58,243 nt of DNA, taken from an uncultured Gammaproteobacteria bacterium. GTDB lineage: Bacteria > Patescibacteriota > Microgenomatia > UBA8517. Of the stretch, positions 34,935 through 43,710 are shown one piece after another. Location: NCBI GenBank assembly GCA_964600575.1, contig CAZRJH010000006.1:1-58243 (forward strand), given 5' to 3'. The notes under the pieces were generated by a model. That model had not been told where the DNA came from, searched no databases, and saw only the letters and a list, made by a program, of their open reading frames with translations. Numbering within the stretch: position 1 is the first letter of the stretch; the number at the start of each line of letters is the position of its first letter. A program made the translations under genes and the position numbers.

Positions 34935-35183
34935 ATGGATCCTAACGCACAAAATCCGCAACCGGCAGTTGACCCAACAGCAGTACCAGGAGTTGGAGCA
35001 CCCGCTCCTGTAGTTACTCCTGATCCCGCAGCACCTAGCGTGCCAACGGCAACTCCCGAACCTACAATGCCTACTATGCCAGAACCGACTCCCGCAGAGC
35101 CGGTACCGGCAGTTCCGGCACCTGAAGTTCCGGTTACTGATCCCGGCGCAGTTGTACCCCCGACGGGTACTCCGGCCGCTTAA
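34935..35183 (+). CDS. Pro/Ala/Val/Thr-rich low-complexity protein (82 aa)
   Basis: Perfect SD GGAGGTGA lies 7 nt upstream of the ATG. The ORF is followed by a strong terminator. The longer antisense ORF 34929-35333 is Cys/Arg-rich and overlaps the trxB start, so I treat it as a shadow. Confidence 0.5.
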   Translation: MDPNAQNPQPAVDPTAVPGVGAPAPVVTPDPAAPSVPTATPEPTMPTMPEPTPAEPVPAVPAPEVPVTDPGAVVPPTGTPAA

Positions 35184-35216
35184 TGGATTGAAACTTAGTT
35201 TTCGCGTATCGCGAAA

Positions 35217-35258
35217 GAAGAAGGGATCCCAAGAATTTGGGATTCTTTCTTCAGTTTT
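35217..35258 (+). terminator. Rho-independent terminator
   Basis: 15-bp stem GAAGAAGGGATCCCA / TGGGATTCTTTCTTC (two G-U pairs), then AGTTTT. It is preceded by the small hairpin TTCGCG-TAT-CGCGAA. Confidence 0.75.
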
Positions 35259-35269
35259 AATATCAAAAT

Positions 35270-36223
35270 ATGTCTGACCATCAAATATTTGCACCAAGAC
35301 CCGACGACCAATACGGTGTTTGGGATGTGGCAATTATCGGATCCGGCCCCGCCGGTTTAACCGCGGCCATTTACGCTACACGGGGAGCTGCCTCTACGAT
35401 TATTTTTGGAGGAGAAATCTGGGGCGGGCAGCTTATGCTTACCACTAATGTGGATAATTACCCGAGCCAACCCGGAATATTGGGACCAGAACTTATGGGG
35501 AAGCTTAGGGAACATGCTCTTATGTTTGGTGCCGAGTTTATAAATAAAACCGTAGAAGCAATCGATGTTACAAAAGGGCCTTTTGAAATTACAGTAGAAG
35601 GAAAAGTTTACAAAGCAAAGTCTGTAATTATTGCAACGGGTGCCAAAACAAAATGGCTTGATGCTCCCGGCATTTCTAAGCTTATCGGACGAGGCATATC
35701 TTCGTGTGCGCCTTGTGATGCTCCTTTTTTTAAAGATAAAAAAGTTGCCGTCGTCGGCGGGGGAGATTCGGCAATGGAAGAGGCTTTGGTTTTATCTAAA
35801 TACGCACTAGAGGTGAGCGTTATACATAGGAGGGATGCTTTTAAGGCGAGTCAGGCCATGCAGCAAAAAGTTTTAAATGATCCTAAAATAAAAGTAATTT
35901 GGAACAGTGAAGTCGCGGAAGTAATAGGCGAGAATAAACTGGAAAAAGTTATTTTGAAAGACACAGTTAATGGTGGTAGTTCCGATCTTGTCGTTGACGG
36001 ACTTTTTGTAGCAATCGGACATGAACCCGAAACAATGATTTTTAAAGGAAAGATTGATTTGGACGAAAGAGGATATGTGGTTGCTCATGATAGAACAAAA
36101 ACTTCGGTTCCCGGGATATTTGTGGCGGGGGATGTGGAGGACCATTATTATAAACAGGCGATAACCGCATCAGCGTTTGGATGTATGGCTGCCATGGATC
36201 TTTTGAAACATCTTCAGGAGTAA
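35270..36223 (+). CDS. trxB: Thioredoxin-disulfide reductase
   Basis: GSGPAGLTAAIYA (FAD), redox CAPCD, VVGGGDSAMEEA (NADPH) and GIFVAGDV. Confidence 0.92.
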   Translation: MSDHQIFAPRPDDQYGVWDVAIIGSGPAGLTAAIYATRGAASTIIFGGEIWGGQLMLTTNVDNYPSQPGILGPELMGKLREHALMFGAEFINKTVEAIDVTKGPFEITVEGKVYKAKSVIIATGAKTKWLDAPGISKLIGRGISSCAPCDAPFFKDKKVAVVGGGDSAMEEALVLSKYALEVSVIHRRDAFKASQAMQQKVLNDPKIKVIWNSEVAEVIGENKLEKVILKDTVNGGSSDLVVDGLFVAIGHEPETMIFKGKIDLDERGYVVAHDRTKTSVPGIFVAGDVEDHYYKQAITASAFGCMAAMDLLKHLQE

Positions 36224-36285
36224 GAAATTAATACCTATTGACAACTATCTTTGTGAAAATCTAAACTGGATAGGATTTATCGAGT

Positions 36286-37170
36286 ATGGAAAATGTAAAT
36301 GTAGACACACAAAAGTTAGCCGCTGATAATCTTCAACAGTCGTGGCGTGTTTCTGCTGATAACGAAGCCAAAAAAATGGGAGCAGAATCTGCACAACAAG
36401 AATATCTTACAAATAGACTGGGAATGGTTTCTGAGAGATTAAATAAACTTAATCCAAGTGCTGATGTTTTAAATAAGGGGAATAAATTTTTGGAGAAACA
36501 GGCCAAAAAGTTGGACGCAAAACTTAAGAAGATGGAAGCTAAGTATAAAAAAAGCTTCGATAAAGCAAATGATTTGGGTGAAAAATCAACTGACCAGTCT
36601 AGGAAAGTAAAAACACTTGCAGAAAAAAGGGGAAATAGGATTACGAGTAGCGAAGTAACACAGAACTGGAAACTGGCTGCTGCCAGAGAGGGTGCTAATG
36701 TAAACATTAAAGACGGAAGCGGCTGGTTTGACAGGAATGTTACAAGTGCTATTGATAACTTGAGAATCAGTTGGAATGAAGCGTTATCTAAGTGGAACGC
36801 AGGCAGAGCAGAAAAGGAATTCGGTAAAGCTTCGGATTATAGACTTTCTGCCGAAACATTAAGAGATTCCGCGCAGCAACTTAGGCAAAATATTGTTGAC
36901 TCCGAATCAACAAGGAATAGTAGAATCTCGGCTAGGCAGGAAGCACTCTCTGATAAGCAAGAAGTATTGTCGGAAGATCTTATTGCATCAGCTGAAGCTT
37001 CCGGAGATGCAGCCAGAAGATTGGATGTATCAAGAACAGAACTTCCTGATTTAGCAAAGAATGCGGCGGATCAGATTAGAAACGGTGCAGCTATAGGAAC
37101 AACAACAGAGACTTATTACCAGGATGCACAAAAGGTGCTTGACAACAAACCCAACAATCAAGTTCAATAA
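36286..37170 (+). CDS. Hypothetical helical/coiled-coil protein (294 aa)
   Basis: Lys/Glu/Ala/Gln-rich heptad-like sequence. No motif recognised. Confidence 0.5.
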   Translation: MENVNVDTQKLAADNLQQSWRVSADNEAKKMGAESAQQEYLTNRLGMVSERLNKLNPSADVLNKGNKFLEKQAKKLDAKLKKMEAKYKKSFDKANDLGEKSTDQSRKVKTLAEKRGNRITSSEVTQNWKLAAAREGANVNIKDGSGWFDRNVTSAIDNLRISWNEALSKWNAGRAEKEFGKASDYRLSAETLRDSAQQLRQNIVDSESTRNSRISARQEALSDKQEVLSEDLIASAEASGDAARRLDVSRTELPDLAKNAADQIRNGAAIGTTTETYYQDAQKVLDNKPNNQVQ

Positions 37171-37176
37171 ATAGAC

Positions 37177-37623
37177 ATGGACGATTTACAAAAAACACTA
37201 ACGAATCTTTTGACACTGGTTACTACTGATCCGCAGTTGGATGACGATGACAAAGAGGATATGATCTCCTTGATCAACGATGTTGTAGCAGAACCAACAC
37301 CAAATAATCTTGAGGCACTTGCCGTTGTAGTTGAAGAACTTGGTAAGTCTCAGGAATATGTTGCTGCACAAGAAGTTTTGGCAAGATATGCAGCAGAAGA
37401 AGATGATGCACAGCTATCTGAAGCCGAGGCGGAGGATTCTGTTCCTGCTGTCGAAACTCCCGCGCCTGTTGCGTCCGAAGTTGCCGCTCCCGTTGCAGAA
37501 GTTGCCGCTCCCGTAGATACTCAGGCGGTTGTTCCCAACACACACGACGCAATGTCTACATCTGAACTTCCCCAAGTTCCTCCTATGGAAGTTCCCCCTG
37601 CAGAGACTCCTGTTCAACAATAA
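37177..37623 (+). CDS. Acidic protein with Pro/Ala/Val-rich tail (148 aa)
   Basis: Asp/Glu-rich N-terminal half. The tail contains a 21-nt tandem duplication (37477-37518) encoding EVAAPVA/EVAAPVD. Confidence 0.45.
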   Translation: MDDLQKTLTNLLTLVTTDPQLDDDDKEDMISLINDVVAEPTPNNLEALAVVVEELGKSQEYVAAQEVLARYAAEEDDAQLSEAEAEDSVPAVETPAPVASEVAAPVAEVAAPVDTQAVVPNTHDAMSTSELPQVPPMEVPPAETPVQQ

Positions 37624-37641
37624 CCTTCAATTTTTATAGCC

Positions 37642-37678
37642 AAAAAAAATCCCGGACGGCTTTTTGTGCGATCCGGGA
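37642..37678 (-). terminator. Rho-independent terminator (serves the - strand gene 37685-38512)
   Basis: 7-bp stem TCCCGGA / TCCGGGA (37650-56 and 37672-78). On the - strand it is followed by T8 (37642-37649). Confidence 0.65.
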
Positions 37679-37684
37679 CGGACA

Positions 37685-38512
37685 CTACTTGGACTTTTTG
37701 GTTCTAACCGAAGCTTTCTTAAGTTCTACAGCTAGATAATCGACTGTTTTTACCGTGGTAAACTCGTCAACCAGAAAGAATTGACTGTCGATTACACCGA
37801 CAAGTAATCCACATGAAGGGGAGAAGGAAACCATTTCGGTTGTATTCCACTTCTGTGGTGCCTTGTAGACGACATAAACTCCGTCAAAATATTTCAAGGC
37901 TTTTTCTAGCTTTGACCTTGTCTTAATCGGGTAAACAACGCCTTCAGATATTGAAATAATCCGAATTTTTTCCCAATCGTGTTGTTTGACGGAAATTTCG
38001 GCGAGAGTTTGAATCGCTTTTTTATAGAATCCCGAAAACAATGTTCTTGCAGTATTACTGAAAAAATCAAACTCGGTTTGATTGAAGTCGGGTGTTCTGT
38101 CGTCGCTTTTACCCCAGTCCATGCGGTGAGGGTTTTTGTAGTTTTTGTTTCTTGGCATAACCGACATTTCAAAATGCCGATCCCGTACTTCCTGAACAGT
38201 GTACAAAGGAAGTGATTTTTCGTCGGTTTCTTCCAGAAATTTTAGACTGATTAAAGGATAGCCCTTTATTGCGGTCTCCAGTGCTACCAGTTTGTGTTCA
38301 AGTCCTTCTACTGCCGCGTCCAATTCGGTACCCGCATTCTCTGAGTCCAGAAAATGGGAGTTTTCCATTTTTCTTAACGATGTAATTTGAGCCCGTAGCC
38401 TGGAAACGTCTATGGCAGTGGGAACAGAGTTTTTGGAAACAAAGGTGCCTGACACCCATTCAGTCCATGAACTATATGTAATAGTGGTCACAACGACCTC
38501 CTTAAAGTGCAA
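37685..38512 (-). CDS. Hypothetical protein (275 aa)
   Basis: Long intact ORF with its own terminator. No motif recognised. Confidence 0.5.
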   Translation of the reverse strand: MHFKEVVVTTITYSSWTEWVSGTFVSKNSVPTAIDVSRLRAQITSLRKMENSHFLDSENAGTELDAAVEGLEHKLVALETAIKGYPLISLKFLEETDEKSLPLYTVQEVRDRHFEMSVMPRNKNYKNPHRMDWGKSDDRTPDFNQTEFDFFSNTARTLFSGFYKKAIQTLAEISVKQHDWEKIRIISISEGVVYPIKTRSKLEKALKYFDGVYVVYKAPQKWNTTEMVSFSPSCGLLVGVIDSQFFLVDEFTTVKTVDYLAVELKKASVRTKKSK

Positions 38513-38558
38513 CTGAGATACTATAAGACTTGGGAATTATAACATAGGCAAAGTGCCG

Positions 38559-38587
38559 TTGACATTTTTATAAATATCTCGGAAAAT
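38559..38587 (+). promoter_or_regulatory. Sigma70-like promoter TTGACA-N17-GAAAAT placed 6 nt before the ATG at 38594
   Basis: TTGACA at 38559-38564, a 17-nt spacer, and GAAAAT at 38582-38587. Confidence 0.4.
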
Positions 38588-38593
38588 GTAGCG

Positions 38594-39484
38594 ATGGCAA
38601 AAAAGAAAGTTAAAGTTACACCACAAGTTATAGAGACCAGGCAGGTCGAGGTTTATGAGGGCCCCAGCATTTACGAAAGAATAGTTCCTGTTTTGGTTTT
38701 GTTCTCGATAGTACTCTCTTTTTTAATTGGAGTTTTGTGGGAAAAGGTTAATGGGCTAGAAAAAGGCGGCACTACTGCACAGGGAACAACAACTACTACA
38801 ACTGCAGCGGGTAAGCCGGCAAATGTAGATATAAGTGCTATAAAGGGTATTTGGGATAAAAATGTTATTAAGTTTGGAGACAAGGATAGCAAACTTCTTA
38901 TTGTAGAGATTGCTGATCCTTCTTGTCCTTATTGCCATGTGGCGGGCGGCAAAGACCCCGAGCTTGCAGAAAAAGTAGGCGCTCAGTTTAAATATGCCGA
39001 AAAGGGTGGGGCGTATGTTCCCCCCGTTCCGGAAATCAAAAAGCTGGTTGATTCCAAAAAAGCCGCATATGCGCTTGTTTATTTCCCTGGGCACGGGACT
39101 GGCGAGATGGCAATGAAGGCGATGTATTGTGCTTACGACATGGATAAATTCTGGCCTGTTCACGACTTACTTATGAGTGATAAGGGGTATGCTATTCAAA
39201 ACGGGGCTGGGTCTGACGGCGTCAAAGCGGATGTTGTTGTAGGCAATGACAAGACCAAATCGCAGGAACTTGCAAACTTTTTATCTAAAGTTGCCGACTC
39301 CAAAAAAATGAAAGAGTGTTTGGATAGCGGTAAATACGATTCCAGACTTGCAGACGATCAAAATATTTCCGCATCTACATTGGGTGTCACAGGAACTCCT
39401 GGATTTTTCTTTAACACAGTTAGATTCGACGGCGCTTACTCTTGGACTGATATGAAGGCCACTGTTGATGCGGCCTTGAAATAA
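38594..39484 (+). CDS. Membrane-anchored DsbA/BdbD-like thiol:disulfide oxidoreductase
   Basis: N-terminal TM, Thr/Gly linker, and CxxC in a thioredoxin-fold context (IADPSCPYCH). Confidence 0.75.
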   Translation: MAKKKVKVTPQVIETRQVEVYEGPSIYERIVPVLVLFSIVLSFLIGVLWEKVNGLEKGGTTAQGTTTTTTAAGKPANVDISAIKGIWDKNVIKFGDKDSKLLIVEIADPSCPYCHVAGGKDPELAEKVGAQFKYAEKGGAYVPPVPEIKKLVDSKKAAYALVYFPGHGTGEMAMKAMYCAYDMDKFWPVHDLLMSDKGYAIQNGAGSDGVKADVVVGNDKTKSQELANFLSKVADSKKMKECLDSGKYDSRLADDQNISASTLGVTGTPGFFFNTVRFDGAYSWTDMKATVDAALK

Positions 39485-39550
39485 GTTTAAAATATAGGAG
39501 TCTTCTAAGTTTTCTTCCGGGAGATTTGAAAAGAAATATAATTAATAAAT

Positions 39551-40390
39551 ATGAGCAACCAAAATTTTACGCCGCGAGGTAGAAGCCACACCAAAATTAC
39601 AAAAGAATCATTGGACCTGATAAGTATGAGTATTGATTTTGGCGACAACAAAATATTAGAAGAAGTTGTGCATAGAATTAATGAAAACGAGGAAATAAAA
39701 ACTCTTTGGAAAATAATGAATGTAAACGCAATAGATAGGTTGGGTATGAGTGATCACGGCCCTACACATTTTCAGATTGTAGCCAACAATGGACTTAAAC
39801 TTATAAGGATTTTGAATAAAAAGGGAGTAAAAATGTCTATTGTTGATGACTTTGGCCTTAGTTATGACCATGCCGAAGTTGTAGTTTTTTTGGCCTGCAT
39901 AATGCACGATCTTGGAATGAGCATTCATAGAGAAGGACACGAAGGATTTAGCCTGTTTATTGCAAGAGATATGCTTAAAGATATTCTTTCGTTTTTGCCT
40001 ATCGAGGAAAAAATGGTTGTTTTGTCAGAGGTTTTACACGCAATCATAAGCCACAGAGCAAACGGTAAACCTTCTACGGTTGAAGCCGGAGTTGTGAGAA
40101 TTGCAGACGCCCTAGACATGGGTAAAGGAAGAAGTCGTATTACCTTTAAAAGGGGAGAGATGAATATTTATTCTTTGTCCGACATCGCTATAGAAAAAGT
40201 TGAGGTAATCGAAGGGCAAGAAACCCCTTTGGAAATAAAAATAATTATGGTTAACCCCGCGGGTATATTCCAAGTGGATGACCTCATGAAAGAAAAAATA
40301 AAGGGCTCCAAATTGGAAAAATATATAGAAGTAGGGGCATATATATTGGAGAACGGTCACGAGAAACTTCTTAAAGAGTTTAAGTTTTAA
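39551..40390 (+). CDS. HD-domain metal-dependent phosphohydrolase
   Basis: HGPTHF, CIMHDLGMSIHREGHE, HAIISH and RIADALD (H...HD...D pattern). Confidence 0.75.
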   Translation: MSNQNFTPRGRSHTKITKESLDLISMSIDFGDNKILEEVVHRINENEEIKTLWKIMNVNAIDRLGMSDHGPTHFQIVANNGLKLIRILNKKGVKMSIVDDFGLSYDHAEVVVFLACIMHDLGMSIHREGHEGFSLFIARDMLKDILSFLPIEEKMVVLSEVLHAIISHRANGKPSTVEAGVVRIADALDMGKGRSRITFKRGEMNIYSLSDIAIEKVEVIEGQETPLEIKIIMVNPAGIFQVDDLMKEKIKGSKLEKYIEVGAYILENGHEKLLKEFKF

Positions 40391-40461
40391 CTTCGATACA
40401 TAGGAATTTTATGCTTATCAAACAATATGACAAAGCATCCGTTTTGTTTTAAGATGACTAT

Positions 40462-42150
40462 ATGGCACTGCCCGATTCTGTCCTATTGGATTTAATTAGA
40501 AAAAGCTCTTTGGTTGATTCTTCTTTGGAAAATAAAGCAGAGGCTTACGCAGTTACGTCCAGAACTCAGTTAACCCCAAATACATACTTGGAGAGCGGAC
40601 TTTTAACCAAAGAACAACTGGGGCAAATAACTGCGAGTTATTACAAAGTGCCATACATAACTCTTTCTAATGTTTCTATTCCCGAAGATGTTGCACACCT
40701 TGTTCCCGAAAGAGTGGCCAGAAAACAAATGGCGATAGCTTTTGAGAGAAGCCCTAACGGAATAAAATTGGCGGTTAACGACCCAAGCAATAAATTAATT
40801 GTTGATTTGGTTTCTAAAAAGACGGGGCAAAAAGTTGAGGTTTACTATACCAGTCAGGAAGAAATAATCGGAACAATACAGCTTTACAAAAAAGCTCTGC
40901 AAAGAACAATTGACGATCTTTTAAAAGAATATGTTAAACAAGCAACACTCTACCAGGGAGATTTGCCGATTATTAAAGTTGTTGATGTTTTGGTTAATGC
41001 GGCGTATCAGGACAGGGCCAGTGATATTCATATAGAACCCGAAGAAAAAAGCTCTTTAATCAGGTTTAGAATCGACGGAGTTTTGCAAGATGTATTAAGA
41101 GTTCCCAGAGAAATTCACGACAGAATAATTTCCAGAATAAAAGTTTTATCCAACCTTAGAACAGATGAACATTTGTCCGCACAGGACGGAAAGATGGTTC
41201 AAAAATTGGAGGAGGAAAATCTGGATATCCGTGTTTCTATTCTGCCCGTTACGGAAGGAGAAAAAGCAGTATTAAGACTTCTTTCCAGCCATTCCCGCGA
41301 ATATACGCTAAGTGACTTGGGGATGAACCCTGACGACTTGCAAAAAGTTACAAATGCTTTTAATAAGACTTACGGAATGATACTTTCTACCGGTCCTACG
41401 GGGAGCGGCAAAACGACTTCTATTTACGCGATTTTAAAGATACTAAATACCCGCGAGAAAAATATCATGACAATAGAAGACCCTGTTGAATATAAAATCT
41501 TTGGGGCAAATCAAGTTCAGGTTAATGCAAAAACTAATTTAACTTTTGCAAACGGACTGCGATCGATTCTTAGACAGGACCCGAATGTTATCTTTGTCGG
41601 AGAAATTAGAGATAGCGAAACGGCCGGTATAGCAGTTAATGCCGCCTTGACCGGACACTTGGTTCTTTCTACTTTGCATACTAACGACGCGGCAACTGCG
41701 ATTCCTCGTTTGACGGATATGAAGGTGGAGCCGTTTTTGGTTGCCTCGACCGTTAATGTTATTGTTGCCCAAAGACTTCTTAGGCAAATATGTTCATCGT
41801 GTAAAGTTGAAGAAAAAGTTCCCATAACCGACATTACAAAACATTTTCCGCAGGACTTATCACAGAAATATTTTGGCTCGGGAAGAGAGGTGGTTCTCCA
41901 TAAGGGTCAGGGTTGCAAGGTTTGTAGAAGAACGGGATATATGGGCCGACTTGGGGTGTTTGAAGTATTGGAAATAAGTAAAGAAATTAGAAGGATGATA
42001 TCTGAAAAAGCCGATTCTGACGCAATTTTGAATCAAGCTCTCAAAGAGGGAATGAAGACCATGCTTGATGACGGGTTGGCCAAAGTTGCCGCCGGGATGA
42101 CTACAATTGAAGAAGTAATTAGGGTTACTAAAATTGAAACAACAGGATAA
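40462..42150 (+). CDS. pilB: Type IV pilus / T2SS assembly ATPase (PilB/GspE family)
   Basis: N-terminal GspE_N-like region, Walker A GPTGSGKTT, Asp box, His box, and tetra-Cys CSSC...CKVC. Confidence 0.92.
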   Translation: MALPDSVLLDLIRKSSLVDSSLENKAEAYAVTSRTQLTPNTYLESGLLTKEQLGQITASYYKVPYITLSNVSIPEDVAHLVPERVARKQMAIAFERSPNGIKLAVNDPSNKLIVDLVSKKTGQKVEVYYTSQEEIIGTIQLYKKALQRTIDDLLKEYVKQATLYQGDLPIIKVVDVLVNAAYQDRASDIHIEPEEKSSLIRFRIDGVLQDVLRVPREIHDRIISRIKVLSNLRTDEHLSAQDGKMVQKLEEENLDIRVSILPVTEGEKAVLRLLSSHSREYTLSDLGMNPDDLQKVTNAFNKTYGMILSTGPTGSGKTTSIYAILKILNTREKNIMTIEDPVEYKIFGANQVQVNAKTNLTFANGLRSILRQDPNVIFVGEIRDSETAGIAVNAALTGHLVLSTLHTNDAATAIPRLTDMKVEPFLVASTVNVIVAQRLLRQICSSCKVEEKVPITDITKHFPQDLSQKYFGSGREVVLHKGQGCKVCRRTGYMGRLGVFEVLEISKEIRRMISEKADSDAILNQALKEGMKTMLDDGLAKVAAGMTTIEEVIRVTKIETTG

Positions 42151-42171
42151 ACACGCCGAATAAATATCTAT

Positions 42172-43236
42172 ATGAAAGATAAAAATTTTAATAATGTGAG
42201 TTTGAGTCAAAGCGAGAAGATAAGCTTTATAAGTAATCTATCTACAATGCTTTCTTCGGGCATTCCTATTTTGGACGCAGTTACAAATTTGTTGGATGAT
42301 GCAAAGGGTAATCAAAAAAAACTTTTAGATACTTTGCGTGATGACCTTACCCAAGGGCATCAGGTTAACTATACCTTTGCCAAGTTTCCAAAAATATTTG
42401 ATAAGGTGATGGTTAATGTTGTTAGAGCTTCGGAGATGGCGGGAACACTGGATGTAACTCTTAAAGATTTAAGAGACGACATTAGAAAACAAAATGAATT
42501 TAACGATAAAGTAAGATCAGCCCTAATATACCCGATTTTTATTGTTTTTGTATTTTTTATGGTTCTTGTCGTTAATCTTATTTTTGTTATCCCTAAGATT
42601 GCCGTTGTTTTCTCTAATCTAAAAGTTCCGCTTCCGGTGCCGACCAAAATTCTTATATTTTTATCCGATATTTTAACCAAAAACACAATACCATTCTTAT
42701 TTGGTTTTGCGGCTTTTGTTGCAATATGCGCCTTTTTGTTTAGCCAGAAAAAAAGCTTTTTTTTGAATATATTTTATTCTTTGCCAGGTGTATCGGAGAT
42801 GGTGAAACTTATTGATGTAACAAGGTTTTCCAGAAGCTTACATTTACTTTTAAGATCGGGGCTTTCTATAGTGCGCGCACTGGAATTAACCGAAGATATA
42901 GTATCTAGTAAAAAAACAAGACAGATTATAGAAAAATCTAAAGAACTTATCCTTTCGGGAAAGACTTTCTCTGACGGACTTAGAACCGGAAAAGGATATT
43001 TACCGTCTATTATGATTAAGCTTATAGAAACAGGTGAAAAAACGGGTACTTTGGATAAATCCCTTAGCGACATCTCCGAATATTTTGATTATGAAGTTTC
43101 TAATATGCTTAAAACCTTGACTGCACTTTTGGAACCTATAATGTTGGTTTTTGTGGGTGTTGTTGTCGGTGTCATGATGCTTGCCTTGATTACTCCAATC
43201 TATGGTCTGATTAGCCAGGTAGGTACAACAAGATAA
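42172..43236 (+). CDS. pilC: Type IV pilus platform protein (PilC/GspF family)
   Basis: Two GspF repeats (LSTMLSSGIPILDA and LHLLLRSGLSIVRA) and 3 TM helices. Confidence 0.9.
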   Translation: MKDKNFNNVSLSQSEKISFISNLSTMLSSGIPILDAVTNLLDDAKGNQKKLLDTLRDDLTQGHQVNYTFAKFPKIFDKVMVNVVRASEMAGTLDVTLKDLRDDIRKQNEFNDKVRSALIYPIFIVFVFFMVLVVNLIFVIPKIAVVFSNLKVPLPVPTKILIFLSDILTKNTIPFLFGFAAFVAICAFLFSQKKSFFLNIFYSLPGVSEMVKLIDVTRFSRSLHLLLRSGLSIVRALELTEDIVSSKKTRQIIEKSKELILSGKTFSDGLRTGKGYLPSIMIKLIETGEKTGTLDKSLSDISEYFDYEVSNMLKTLTALLEPIMLVFVGVVVGVMMLALITPIYGLISQVGTTR

Positions 43237-43245
43237 CTAGCGCTA

Positions 43246-43710
43246 ATGCATATAAAAAAAATAAGGCCGGATTTTGGGTTTACGATTATAGAGCTTTTGG
43301 TAACGATGGGTATCATTGCAGTTTTGTTTGGGATATCTTCCATTGGGCTCTCGATGTTAATACCAAACACCTCGCAATCGCTGAGTTATGATTCACTTGT
43401 AAATGATATTAGAGCTCAGCAAACTCTGGCAATGTCTTCCGGAATGAGTCATGGAATATATTTTGAAAGCAACTCCTATACTTTGTTTGAAGGTGATTCC
43501 TACGCGGGAGGGTCCAATAAACTTGTTGTCCCATTGGGTGATAGCGTGAATATTTCGAATGTAACATTTGCAGGTAACCAAGTTGTATTCCAACCCGGCA
43601 GTGGAGATATATTAAATTATTCTTCCAATAACGACAGTGTTACCTTAACCAATAGTGTGTCCGATAAAGCAATTGTAATAAAAGTTAATAAATATGGAGC
43701 AGACTATTGA
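43246..43710 (+). CDS. Prepilin-type minor pilin/pseudopilin
   Basis: Class III signal DFG|FTIIELLVTMGIIAVLFG with Glu at +5. Confidence 0.8.
   Translation: MHIKKIRPDFGFTIIELLVTMGIIAVLFGISSIGLSMLIPNTSQSLSYDSLVNDIRAQQTLAMSSGMSHGIYFESNSYTLFEGDSYAGGSNKLVVPLGDSVNISNVTFAGNQVVFQPGSGDILNYSSNNDSVTLTNSVSDKAIVIKVNKYGADY

Noticed and set aside
34929-35333. 134-aa minus-strand ORF, longer than the + strand Pro-rich ORF it overlaps
   Set aside because: Its Cys/Arg/Ser-rich composition is typical of the antisense frame of a Pro/Ala-rich sequence. It has no SD, it overlaps the well-supported trxB start, and it runs through the terminator hairpin. The + ORF has a perfect SD and a terminator.
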